Positions 18,285 to 26,876 of a stretch of DNA of 32,000 nucleotides are shown here, one piece after another. Origin of the DNA: Desulfotalea psychrophila LSv54 (GTDB lineage Bacteria; Desulfobacterota; Desulfobulbia; Desulfobulbales; Desulfocapsaceae); the NCBI RefSeq assembly GCF_000025945.1, contig NC_006138.1:450001-482000 (forward strand), in the 5' to 3' direction. How positions within the stretch are numbered: position 1 is the first letter of the stretch; the number at the start of each line of letters is the position of its first letter. The notes under the pieces are model-generated. The model searched no databases, had not been told where the DNA came from, and saw only the letters and a program-made list of their open reading frames with translations. A program made the translations under genes and the position numbers.

Positions 18285-18333
18285 AGGCTCGGAAATTGCT
18301 TAAACGTAAAAATCCAGCCTTGGAGAAGAGCAG

Positions 18334-18834
18334 ATGAAAGCCAGGAAATTACTATCCATATTGTTTTGCTACACCTTATTACAGACCCTTATCGCCTCGA
18401 CAGCCTTTGCCAAAGATGCACCGATATACATAGAGGCAAACCATATGACCTCAACGGAAAATACAAATACCGTGTTTTTTGAAGGAGATGTCGATGCCAA
18501 ACAGGATGATGTCCGCATTCGTTCTAACAAGATGACTGTCTTCTACAGCAAGGCCAGTAAGGGAGAAAAAAGCCAACAGGTGAAAAAAATTATCTGTACC
18601 GGCAATACGGAGGTCACCCGGGGAGAGTGGCTCGGTACCGGCCAGAGAATGGTCTATACAACAAAGGACAAAAAGATAGTCCTCACCGGCAACGCCAAAG
18701 CCTGGCAGAATCAAAACATGGTCAGCGGAGAGACAATCACCTATTTTCTCGACCAGAAACGCTCTGAAGTTGTCGGCACACCTCAAAAAAACAAAAAACC
18801 GTCTCGGGTCAACATGACCATTATCCAGAACTAG
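18334..18834 (+). CDS. lptA: LPS transport periplasmic protein LptA (OstA-like fold)
   Basis: 166 aa with a signal peptide ending STAFAKD. OstA-like strand pattern (FEGDVDAKQDDVRIRSNKMTVFY ... LTGNAKAWQNQNMVSGETITYF). It lies immediately upstream of lptB. Confidence 0.8.
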   Translation: MKARKLLSILFCYTLLQTLIASTAFAKDAPIYIEANHMTSTENTNTVFFEGDVDAKQDDVRIRSNKMTVFYSKASKGEKSQQVKKIICTGNTEVTRGEWLGTGQRMVYTTKDKKIVLTGNAKAWQNQNMVSGETITYFLDQKRSEVVGTPQKNKKPSRVNMTIIQN

Positions 18835-18856
18835 AACGAGCCCAGGGGTTTATATT

Positions 18857-19579
18857 ATGTCTCTGCTTGAAACACGAAATATAGTAAAAAAATACGGTGA
18901 CCGAACCGTTGTTGACGGGGTTAACCTTCAGGTTCAAACAGGGGCTGTCGTCGGCCTACTGGGACCCAACGGCGCAGGAAAGACAACATCATTTTATTCT
19001 ATTGCCGGTTTTATCAAGCCCGATGGTGGAGAGATTATTCTTGATGGCGAAGAGATCACCAAACTACCCATCCACAAACGAGCCCTCAGGGGCATATCCT
19101 ATCTGCCCCAAGAGCCTTCGGTATTCAAAAAACTCACCGTTGAAGAAAACGTGCGTATTATTCTGGAGCCACTGGGGATAGCAAAGGCAGAAATAGAACG
19201 TCGCATTGATGAACTCGCCTCTGACCTCAACCTCAACTATCTCCGTAAAAACAGAGGATATAGTCTTTCCGGCGGTGAACGACGCAGGGTGGAAATCATG
19301 CGTGCCCTTTCAACCAAACCTAAATTTATTCTTCTCGATGAACCCTTTGCCGGGATTGATCCCCTGGCAGTACAGGATTTGCAAAAACTCATCAGAAGCC
19401 TCAAAGAACGAGGCCTCGGCATTCTCATCTCTGACCATAATGTCCGAGAGACATTACAAGTTTGCGATTTTGCCTATATTATGAATTCAGGCCAAATACT
19501 TACCAGCGGTGCCGCCAGCGAAATTATCGAAAGCAAGATTGCCCGTAAGACCTATCTTGGTGAACATTTTAGTATGTGA
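18857..19579 (+). CDS. lptB: LPS export ABC transporter ATP-binding protein
   Basis: 240 aa. GLLGPNGAGKTT (Walker A), LSGGERRRVEIMRAL (signature) and ILLDEPFAGIDP (Walker B). The lptA-lptB-rpoN gene order supports the call. Confidence 0.92.
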   Translation: MSLLETRNIVKKYGDRTVVDGVNLQVQTGAVVGLLGPNGAGKTTSFYSIAGFIKPDGGEIILDGEEITKLPIHKRALRGISYLPQEPSVFKKLTVEENVRIILEPLGIAKAEIERRIDELASDLNLNYLRKNRGYSLSGGERRRVEIMRALSTKPKFILLDEPFAGIDPLAVQDLQKLIRSLKERGLGILISDHNVRETLQVCDFAYIMNSGQILTSGAASEIIESKIARKTYLGEHFSM

Positions 19580-19584
19580 GACTT

Positions 19585-21036
19585 ATGGCTTTAGAACTAC
19601 GACAGCAACTCAAACTTACCCAGAAGTTAGTCATGACGCCTCAACTGCGTCAGGCCATCAAACTCCTCCAGCTCAACAGACTAGAGCTTGCCGGTGCTCT
19701 CCAGGCAGAACTGCGTGAAAACCCTGCCCTCGAAGAAGATTTTAGCCAAACAGACCAAGACAAGATTGCTGAGGCGCTGGATTCCACGGTCGAGCCACCC
19801 ACCCGAACCCCGGAATCCGATGTCACCAGAACCCTTGAAGCCCGCGACAGTCTTGACGGCATCAACTGGAAGGATTACGCAAATAATTTTGACAGCAACT
19901 TCTCCTTTGCCAGAGAAATACCTCCGGCAGATGCACCATCGCAGTTTGATTTCATCTCTGAAGAGCCGGGACTCTCTGCCCATCTGCAGTGGCAACTAGC
20001 CCACTGCGAACTGGACGTTGACGAAAGAGAGATAGCCACCTACATTCTGGGAAATCTGAACAGATATGGTTTTCTTGTGGCTGACCTCAACGACATCCAA
20101 ACAAGCTGTGAATGCAGCCCGGATGATGCCGCCTATGTACTCGAGGTAATACAGGATCTTGAGCCGGCAGGCATTGCCGCCAGAAATGTCAGCGAATCCC
20201 TTTTCCTGCAACTGGAAAGACTGGGCAAGGAGCATAGCCTGGCAGCAGAAATTGTCACCGAACACATGAGCTCTCTTGAAATAAAAGACATCAAAACCAT
20301 CGCCCGTAAAACAGGAAGAAAACGTCCTGAAGTTGTCAAGGCCATTGATTTCATCGTCGACAATCTCACCCCCTACCCGGGACTGCCCTTTGTTACAGAA
20401 AAGACCAACTATATTATTCCCGATGTCTATGTCCGCAATATTGATGGAGAGCTGATCATCACCCTGAACAACGACGATCTGCCCAAGCTGAAACTCTCCC
20501 AGGAATATGTAGCGATGACCAAGGGAGGGGAGATCAATAAGGAATCAAAGAGCTACCTGGTTAACAAGGTGAGAAATGCAGAGTGGTTCATCAAAACCAT
20601 CCACCAGAGACAGCGCACCATCTACCGGGTAATGGAAAGTATCTTGAAGTTTCAGGGAGATTTTTTCGTTCATGGCTCAACCCACCTCAAGCCACTCATC
20701 CTCCGTGATATTGCCGAGGATATCGGCATGCATGAATCCACTATCAGCCGGGTCACCTCCAACAAATACGTGCACACCCCCTTGGGTATCTATGAGCTGA
20801 AATATTTCTTCTCAACGGCAATTCCACGGGTAGGCGGAGAGGCATTGGCCTCGGAATCCATCAAAACCCTTATTCGCAAGATTATTCAAAATGAGGACAA
20901 GGCAAAGCCACTCAGTGACAATAAAATTTCGGAAATACTGGCCATGGACAATATCAAGCTCGCCCGGAGAACGGTGGCAAAATACAGAGAGCAGATGCAG
21001 ATACAGCCGGTAAAGCACAGACGAAAAACCAGGTAG
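19585..21036 (+). CDS. rpoN: RNA polymerase sigma-54 factor
   Basis: The N-terminus MALELRQQLKLTQKLVMTPQLRQAIKLLQL is region I. The C-terminal ARRTVAKYREQM is the RpoN box. The track start at 19576 is a GTG overlapping the lptB stop, and the ATG at 19585 gives the canonical N-terminus. Confidence 0.93.
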   Translation: MALELRQQLKLTQKLVMTPQLRQAIKLLQLNRLELAGALQAELRENPALEEDFSQTDQDKIAEALDSTVEPPTRTPESDVTRTLEARDSLDGINWKDYANNFDSNFSFAREIPPADAPSQFDFISEEPGLSAHLQWQLAHCELDVDEREIATYILGNLNRYGFLVADLNDIQTSCECSPDDAAYVLEVIQDLEPAGIAARNVSESLFLQLERLGKEHSLAAEIVTEHMSSLEIKDIKTIARKTGRKRPEVVKAIDFIVDNLTPYPGLPFVTEKTNYIIPDVYVRNIDGELIITLNNDDLPKLKLSQEYVAMTKGGEINKESKSYLVNKVRNAEWFIKTIHQRQRTIYRVMESILKFQGDFFVHGSTHLKPLILRDIAEDIGMHESTISRVTSNKYVHTPLGIYELKYFFSTAIPRVGGEALASESIKTLIRKIIQNEDKAKPLSDNKISEILAMDNIKLARRTVAKYREQMQIQPVKHRRKTR

Positions 21037-21083
21037 GGCTACTGGCAATGAATATTAATGACAGAATGTGATTTGGAGCCCCC

Positions 21084-21932
21084 ATGTCTCACGGAAAAAT
21101 TTTTAGCTGGACAGTGCTCACCCTGACGGTCTTTCTGCTGAGCTCCTGTGCCCGGCTCATCACGCACAATGTTGTGGAACCTGCTGTGGCCAATATCCAA
21201 CAACAGACCGACATCGAGCTCGTCTGTGAGGGGGCACCGGCCTACCTGCTTATGGTGGACTCCATGCTCACCTCTCATCCGCGAGACGAAGGCCTGTTGA
21301 GAATGGCCAGCCAGGCCTATATTGGTTATGTGGGCGCCCTTGGACAATGTGGCGCCCCCCCAGCCAAAATCAGGACAAATACCGACAAGACAAAACTCTA
21401 TGCAGGCAGACTCCTGGAAGAAAAAATCCACTGGCAGACAAGGGGTTTTGAGCTCGACCAAGAGTTGGCAGAATGTGACAGATCCGACGTCCCCGAACTC
21501 TTTTGGGGAAGTTTTGGCCTCCTCACCTGGATCCAACAACAGGGAGGAAGCCCCGCCTCCATGGCTGATCTTGTGGTGGTTGAAAAAACCATGCAACGCA
21601 TCCTTGAACTGGATGAGAAATATCAAGCCGGTGCAGCCCATCTCTTCTTTGGTGGTTACTACGCAACAAAACCTGAATTTCTTGGTGGCGGCCCGAAAAA
21701 GGCCCGCTATCATCTTGAAAAGGCTCTACTCCTCAGCCAACATCAATTTCTCCTCTGCCAGGTCACCTATGCAAGAACCTACGCAAGATTGACCTTTGAT
21801 CAGGAACTCCACGACAGACTACTTAAGGAGGTTCTCTCCTTCCCCATAGAATCAGCTCCGCAATATGCCCTCAGTAACCGTATAGCTCAAAAAGAGGCAG
21901 AGAAGCTCCTCGACGAAGGCTATTTTGACTAA
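21084..21932 (+). CDS. TatT-like TPR lipoprotein, accessory component of a TRAP transporter
   Basis: The 282-aa protein has the lipoprotein signal LTLTVFLLSSCA and is helical and repeat-like. It lies directly upstream of dctP/Q/M homologues, as in the T. pallidum TatT-TatP(T) systems. The family call rests on context and my recollection of the family, not on a search. Confidence 0.55.
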   Translation: MSHGKIFSWTVLTLTVFLLSSCARLITHNVVEPAVANIQQQTDIELVCEGAPAYLLMVDSMLTSHPRDEGLLRMASQAYIGYVGALGQCGAPPAKIRTNTDKTKLYAGRLLEEKIHWQTRGFELDQELAECDRSDVPELFWGSFGLLTWIQQQGGSPASMADLVVVEKTMQRILELDEKYQAGAAHLFFGGYYATKPEFLGGGPKKARYHLEKALLLSQHQFLLCQVTYARTYARLTFDQELHDRLLKEVLSFPIESAPQYALSNRIAQKEAEKLLDEGYFD

Positions 21933-21942
21933 TTCCCATAAT

Positions 21943-21957
21943 TCAGCTCAGCTCAGC
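21943..21957. repeat. Pentamer tandem repeat (TCAGC)x3
   Basis: Read directly in the 39-nt gap between the TatT-like gene and dctP. Confidence 0.8.
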
Positions 21958-21971
21958 TAAGGACCAGGATC

Positions 21972-23009
21972 ATGCATCCCAAGATTCACTCCCATCTCTA
22001 CACGGCCCTCTTTATCTTCGCTCTCATCCTCAGCACCACCTTGGGAGTCAGTGAAGGGCAGGCACGGGCAAAATATTCATTCAAAATAGGCAGCCTCGCC
22101 CCCGAGGGTTCCATCTGGATCACCCAGTTCAGGGCCTTTGCCAAGGAAGTAACAGAAAAGACAGATGGAGAGGTAGGCTTTCGCATCTATCCCGGTGGCA
22201 TCATGGGAGACGATCAGGCCATGTACCGTAAAATACGGGTGGGTCAGCTACACGGTGGTGGATTTACCATGAGCGGTATCGCCGATATTGTCCCTGATTT
22301 TCGAATCATGGCAATCCCCTTCCTCTTCAACTCATACGCCGAAATCGACCATGTACGAAAGGGCCTCCGTCCCATGTTTGAGGAACGATTTGCCAACAAG
22401 GGCTTACGCTTTTTGGCCTTCACCGAAGTCGGCTTTGTCTACGCCATGTCCAAGGCCAGAATCAGCACCTTTGCTGAGCTCAAGGCCACCAAAAACTGGA
22501 CACCTTCAGGCGACCGCCTCTCCACCGGCTTCCTTAAGACAGCAGGAATCACCCCCATCCAACTCTCCCTGCCCGACGTCCTCTCCTCACTACAGACAGG
22601 AATGATTGACACCGTATATAACTCCCTCTATGGTTCCATTGTCCTCCAATGGTTTACCTCCATAAAGTATATCAATACCGTTCCATCCGGATACGCCTAT
22701 GGCACGATCCTCCTTGATGACAAGTTCTTCAATAAACTGCCGAAAAACTATCAAGAGATCGTCAACCAAACTGCCAGAAAATACTTTCCACCTCTTATTG
22801 CTAAAACTCGCACGACGAATGCAGAGTCCAAAACCGTCCTTGAAGAGAAGGGCATCTCTTTTCTTGAACCGGAAGCGGCAATGACAGAAAAGTTATCAAG
22901 CTACCAACAGGAAGTGATTAACAACAGCATAGGAAAACTCTTTTCCGTCGAGGCCTATGACAAAATGGCACAACTCCTGAAAGAGCATCGTAGTGGAGCT
23001 GCTGAGTGA
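21972..23009 (+). CDS. TRAP transporter substrate-binding protein (DctP family)
   Basis: 345 aa with a signal peptide. FKIGSLAPEGSIW and a DctP-like fold pattern. Small and large TRAP permease genes follow it. Confidence 0.85.
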   Translation: MHPKIHSHLYTALFIFALILSTTLGVSEGQARAKYSFKIGSLAPEGSIWITQFRAFAKEVTEKTDGEVGFRIYPGGIMGDDQAMYRKIRVGQLHGGGFTMSGIADIVPDFRIMAIPFLFNSYAEIDHVRKGLRPMFEERFANKGLRFLAFTEVGFVYAMSKARISTFAELKATKNWTPSGDRLSTGFLKTAGITPIQLSLPDVLSSLQTGMIDTVYNSLYGSIVLQWFTSIKYINTVPSGYAYGTILLDDKFFNKLPKNYQEIVNQTARKYFPPLIAKTRTTNAESKTVLEEKGISFLEPEAAMTEKLSSYQQEVINNSIGKLFSVEAYDKMAQLLKEHRSGAAE

Positions 23010-23509
23010 AAGAAGCGGATAAAGCTGAGATGAGCAGGCTGGGCAAAATCGCTGACAGATCAGGAGAGATTGCCCTGACAATCCTGCTCAGCACCATGCT
23101 AGTGCTTTCCTGCGGGCAAATATTTATGAGGGCAGCCACCGGTGGCAGCATGCTGTGGATTGACCCACTACTGCGCTATCTGGTGCTCTGGAGTGGTCTC
23201 TTCGGGGCCGTTATGGCTACCCTGCGGGGCAAGCATATCGCCATCGATATGGCAAGCCTCATCCTGCCCAAGCAGATGCAAAAATTTATCAACCTACTGG
23301 TTCTTATATTTTCAACCCTGACAACAGCGGCACTCACCTGGGCTGCTATCCGTTTTCTGGGCAGTGAAATTGAATTTGGCGGGCCCGGCCTGATGGGCTT
23401 GCCCTCCTGGCAGTGGTCCCTCGTTTTCCCCGTAGCCTTTGCCCTTATGACCATCATCTACCTGGTACAGACCTGCAAAACCATCTGCCGACTGTGGCAC
23501 TCCTTCTAG
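23006..23509 (+). CDS. TRAP transporter small permease (DctQ family)
   Basis: 167 aa with four predicted TM segments, lying between the P and M components. The GTG start overlaps the dctP stop. An ATG at 23030 is an alternative start. Confidence 0.8.
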   Translation: MKEADKAEMSRLGKIADRSGEIALTILLSTMLVLSCGQIFMRAATGGSMLWIDPLLRYLVLWSGLFGAVMATLRGKHIAIDMASLILPKQMQKFINLLVLIFSTLTTAALTWAAIRFLGSEIEFGGPGLMGLPSWQWSLVFPVAFALMTIIYLVQTCKTICRLWHSF

Positions 23510-23521
23510 CCAAGACCTCCC

Positions 23522-24784
23522 ATGACCATTGCCAAAATAATAACTCTTGGGCTCGCACTGCTGGGCACCCCTCTCTTTCTGGTTATTGCCGCCCTTGCCC
23601 TCATCTCTTTCCAGTCGGTGGGCATTGACCTCTCGGTGGTCATCATTGAGATGTCACGCCTTGCTGACACCCCAATGCTGGTCTCCCTGCCCCTCTTTAT
23701 CTTTGCCGGCAGCCTCCTCTCGGAGAGCGGAGCCCCCAAGAGAATGCTCACCTTTTCCCGGGTTTTTCTCGGCTGGATGCCGGGTGGCATGGCAGTTATC
23801 ACCCTGGTGGTCTGTGCCATCTTCACCGCATTTACCGGGGCCTCAGGAGTTACCATTTTTGCCCTTGGCGGCCTGCTCTTACCGGCACTGCTAGAAGACG
23901 GCTACGAAGACCGTTTCTCCACGGGACTGATAACCTCATCGGGAAGCCTCGGCCTGCTCTTTCCACCGAGCCTGCCCCTGATCCTCTACGGCGTTATATC
24001 TGGATCCCGGATTGATCATCTCTTTCTGGCAGGGATTCTCCCAGGCCTGGTAATGCTCCTCCTCCTCATTGCTTACTCCATTGCCAAGAGCCCCAAACAG
24101 AAAGAACGCGTTCGTTATAACGGCAAGGAAAAGCTGGCTGGCTTGAAGGAAATTGGCTGGGAGTTGCCCCTACCCATCATCATTTTGGGTGGCATTTACG
24201 GCGGTTTTTTTGTGGCGGGTGAAGCGGCTGCGATTACAGCCTGCTATGTACTGGTGGTCGAGGTATTTATTCTCCGGGATATTTCTCTCAGGAAACTTCC
24301 TGCAATTATGGCCCAGTCCATGGTGCTTTTCGGGGGCATCCTCGTCATCCTGGCCGCCTCCATGGCTTCAACAAACTTTTTGGTGGATCAGGAGGTACCG
24401 GCACGGCTCTTTGAAACAATCAGCAACTATATTGATTCGAAGTACACCTTCCTTCTCCTCCTCAACATCTTCCTCCTGATCGTTGGGGCAATGCTCGATA
24501 TTTTTTCTGCCCTGGTACTGGTGGTACCGCTGATCCTGCCCATTGCCACGGCATATCAGATAGACCCAATTCACTTAGGAATTATCTTTCTTACCAACCT
24601 GCAGATAGGCTATTGCACCCCACCTGTGGGTCTCAACCTCTTTCTCGCCTCATACCGTTTCAACAAACCCATTACTGAGCTTTATCGAGCCACCCTGCCC
24701 TACCTTGGACTTCTGCTCATCACCCTGGCAATCATCACCTATATACCATGGTTGAGTACGGTTTTAATATCGATCTGGGGCTAA
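23522..24784 (+). CDS. TRAP transporter large permease (DctM family)
   Basis: 420-aa polytopic membrane protein showing PLFIFAG, TGASGVTI and TPPVGLNLF, patterns typical of DctM. Confidence 0.9.
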   Translation: MTIAKIITLGLALLGTPLFLVIAALALISFQSVGIDLSVVIIEMSRLADTPMLVSLPLFIFAGSLLSESGAPKRMLTFSRVFLGWMPGGMAVITLVVCAIFTAFTGASGVTIFALGGLLLPALLEDGYEDRFSTGLITSSGSLGLLFPPSLPLILYGVISGSRIDHLFLAGILPGLVMLLLLIAYSIAKSPKQKERVRYNGKEKLAGLKEIGWELPLPIIILGGIYGGFFVAGEAAAITACYVLVVEVFILRDISLRKLPAIMAQSMVLFGGILVILAASMASTNFLVDQEVPARLFETISNYIDSKYTFLLLLNIFLLIVGAMLDIFSALVLVVPLILPIATAYQIDPIHLGIIFLTNLQIGYCTPPVGLNLFLASYRFNKPITELYRATLPYLGLLLITLAIITYIPWLSTVLISIWG

Positions 24785-24788
24785 CTAC

Positions 24789-24813
24789 CAGCTATCAGCT
24801 ATCAGCTATCAGC
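24789..24813. repeat. Heptamer tandem repeat (CAGCTAT)x3.5
   Basis: Read directly, starting 5 nt after the dctM stop. Confidence 0.9.
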
Positions 24814-24819
24814 GAAAAA

Positions 24820-24924
24820 CAGTTAACCACAGAGAACACAGAGAACACAGAGAACACAGAGAACATTAATTTAAAAAATCTTTACTGGTTGGGAAGAAAT
24901 AGCCCATCTGGTCTCATTTCAGGA
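24820..24924 (+). repeat. Dispersed intergenic repeat, copy A (contains the nonamer array as an insertion relative to copy B)
   Basis: It shares CAGTTAACCAC, ATTAATTTAAAAAA, TGGGAAG, TCTCA and CAGGA, in the same order, with copy B. The CAGTTAACCAC anchors lie exactly 200 bp apart (24820 and 25020). Confidence 0.7.
24828..24865. repeat. Nonamer tandem repeat (CACAGAGAA)x4.2
   Basis: Read directly. It accounts for the TENTENTEN string in the spurious track ORF 24748..24954. Confidence 0.9.
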
Positions 24925-25019
24925 AACCGACCTTGGCTGGTATCTCCCCATTGACACGAAGCTGAGCACTGGAGAGACTTACAAAGGTAGATTTTGAGCT
25001 GTTTGAACAAATCGTAAGG

Positions 25020-25101
25020 CAGTTAACCACTGCTCAGAAGGAATTAATTTAAAAAACCTTAATTAGCTGGGAAGTGGGCCATCCGTTCTCACTGTACAGG
25101 A
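25020..25101 (+). repeat. Dispersed intergenic repeat, copy B
   Basis: See copy A. By eye, identity is roughly 70% outside the perfect blocks. Its right end abuts the stop of the minus-strand gene at 25102. Confidence 0.7.
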
Positions 25102-25539
25102 TCAGCCAGCCAGCTGGACATCCCCATAGGGAAAGATACGATCATAACACCAGTTATAGAGATAGGCATAGAAAAGATAGAAAACAACAAAACCAATATC
25201 AGTCATAAGCGCCTGGGACAGAGAGAGGTCAAACCACCACATGATGCCGGGAATGGTCACCGTCAACAGGCCAAACTCAAATAAGATGGCATGCAGGGCC
25301 CGCAAAACCGGTGGACGATTAGTCAGAGACCTGCCCATTCGCACCAGAAGGTGGTCGAATCCCATATTGTACAACCAGTTCCAAAACATGGCGAGCATAC
25401 TTACACTTACGGCAAAGATACCCGTTGTTTTAAAATTGCTTGTCAAAATAAACGCCGCCAAGGGCGCCGAAAAAATCACTCCAAAAACTTCAAAAAGAAC
25501 CGTATGACGTATTCTATCAAACTGACTTCTCACGATCAC
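25102..25539 (-). CDS. PACE-family (AceI-like, tandem BTP domain) efflux transporter
   Basis: 145 aa with four TM segments and two repeats of the family motif, RIRHTVLFEVFGV and RALHAILFEFGLL. The start is uncertain because it is a GTG. Confidence 0.75.
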   Translation of the reverse strand: MIVRSQFDRIRHTVLFEVFGVIFSAPLAAFILTSNFKTTGIFAVSVSMLAMFWNWLYNMGFDHLLVRMGRSLTNRPPVLRALHAILFEFGLLTVTIPGIMWWFDLSLSQALMTDIGFVVFYLFYAYLYNWCYDRIFPYGDVQLAG

Positions 25540-25571
25540 CCCTTACAAAACTGCATTATCAATAAAAATAA

Positions 25572-26126
25572 CTATCTAGGCGGGAAATTATCTAAAATTT
25601 TCTCCACCTCATCTCGTATCTCACGGCTTAACTTCTCCGGTTGATCGTCATAGAGAAAAATCCTCTTACGCCCCTTACCACACCAAACCAACTTACCGGT
25701 AACAGGGTCTACCACATCAAGCACTAAAACACCTAAATCATATTTCTCTACCCGGGCAGCAGAATCGGCCTCTGCCCCACCATAATTACCATAACTGCCA
25801 AAGGAAAAACCTCCTCCAGTACTGGTAGAATCCGGCTCAACCACCTGCTTTTTATGGTAAGCATAGGAGATAATAAAATCCGGCTGAGATCCATTCAAAG
25901 AAAAGCCCTTAGAGGAAAGAACAGCATTCATAGAAGCCGCAATACGACTGTCTATTAACGAGTTATCCACCTGCCTGCCATCGTCAGCCTTAACCTCTTG
26001 TTTCCTAATCTTATAAGAGTGAAGACTGGAGAAATCATACCGGGGATTATAATCACGATTGCCCCACAAAGAAGAACAGCCTGCTAACAAACTAACAACG
26101 GCCAACAAAACGGTTAATTTCCTCAT
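25572..26126 (-). CDS. DUF4136-like lipoprotein
   Basis: MRKLTVLLAVVSLLAGCSS provides the lipobox. The C-terminal GVLVLDVVDPVTGKLVWCGKG pattern fits the family. The ATG at 26126 is preceded by GGAGG. The track start at 26156 is less likely. Confidence 0.65.
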   Translation of the reverse strand: MRKLTVLLAVVSLLAGCSSLWGNRDYNPRYDFSSLHSYKIRKQEVKADDGRQVDNSLIDSRIAASMNAVLSSKGFSLNGSQPDFIISYAYHKKQVVEPDSTSTGGGFSFGSYGNYGGAEADSAARVEKYDLGVLVLDVVDPVTGKLVWCGKGRKRIFLYDDQPEKLSREIRDEVEKILDNFPPR

Positions 26127-26178
26127 GCTTCCTCCATAAGACAAATTTGCCCACATTTTTTAAAACTCTTCCTAGTCC

Positions 26179-26208
26179 ATTATAATCAGGGCAGAAGTGG
26201 CTTGTAAA
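26179..26208 (-). promoter_or_regulatory. Candidate sigma-70-type promoter for the DUF4136/PACE gene pair
   Basis: On the minus strand: TTTACA (26208-26203), an 18-nt spacer, then TATAAT (26184-26179), about 53 nt upstream of the ATG at 26126. Confidence 0.45.
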
Positions 26209-26306
26209 ATAATAAAAAAGCAGCCTCAGGCTCGCCGAGGCAAAAACAGCTCTAAAAGAGGGCGACAGAGGGGATGGGGACAGACTGGCAGAAAGGGGCT
26301 TTTTAC

Positions 26307-26345
26307 AAAAAAAGGCGGTGCCTTTTAGGGCACCGCCTTTTTTTA
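26307..26345 (-). terminator. Rho-independent terminator of hpt
   Basis: The stem GGCGGTGCC (26314-26322) pairs with GGCACCGCC (26329-26337) around a 6-nt loop. A- and T-runs flank it on both sides. It begins right at the hpt stop codon. Confidence 0.75.
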
Positions 26346-26876
26346 TACCTTTAAGATACCAACATAGGGCAAATTACGATACTTTTGAGCATAGTCAAGG
26401 CCATAACCAATAACAAACTCATCGGGAATTTCCTTCCCACAGAAATCCACTGGAACCTCGATTTCCCGTCGGGATGGCTTGCTCAAAAAAGAACAGACCT
26501 TAAGAGAGCGGGGCGATCTGTTTTCAAGCATGGTAAGTACCTTGCTAAAGGTATTGCCGGTATCGACAATATCCTCTACCACCAGGACATCACGGCCCTC
26601 GATAGAGGTATTAAGATCCATAACAACCTTTACATCACGGGTACTTACAGTGCCGTCCCCGTAACTGGAAACAGCCATAAAGTCAGCCACAAGAGGCGTT
26701 TCAATAGCCCGAACAAGATCGGCCATAAAGACAAAAGATCCACGTAACAAACCAATAACAACAAGGTCCTCGCTAATCCCCTTATACTCCTCACTCACCT
26801 CTTTGCCAAGACGGCTGACAATTCCTGCCACCTCTTCCTGGCTAATCATTACTTCTATGTTTTCAAATTGATGCAT
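26343..26876 (-). CDS. hpt: Hypoxanthine(-guanine) phosphoribosyltransferase
   Basis: 177 aa. The PRPP-binding motif VLVVEDIVDTGNT is present, with GYGLDY near the C-terminus. Confidence 0.92.
   Translation of the reverse strand: MHQFENIEVMISQEEVAGIVSRLGKEVSEEYKGISEDLVVIGLLRGSFVFMADLVRAIETPLVADFMAVSSYGDGTVSTRDVKVVMDLNTSIEGRDVLVVEDIVDTGNTFSKVLTMLENRSPRSLKVCSFLSKPSRREIEVPVDFCGKEIPDEFVIGYGLDYAQKYRNLPYVGILKV

Noticed and set aside
21037-21083. A sigma-54 promoter downstream of rpoN (CTGGCAATGAATATTAATG), and similar GG-N10-GC candidates in the 18.1-18.3 kb and 26.9-27.3 kb spacers
   Set aside because: The -24 TGGCA-like element is not followed by a TTGC -12 element at the correct spacing. No candidate fits the TGGCAC-N5-TTGC consensus.
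24748-24954. A 68-aa ORF containing TENTENTEN
   Set aside because: The peptide repeat is only the translation of the (CACAGAGAA)n microsatellite. The ORF starts inside dctM and has no RBS.
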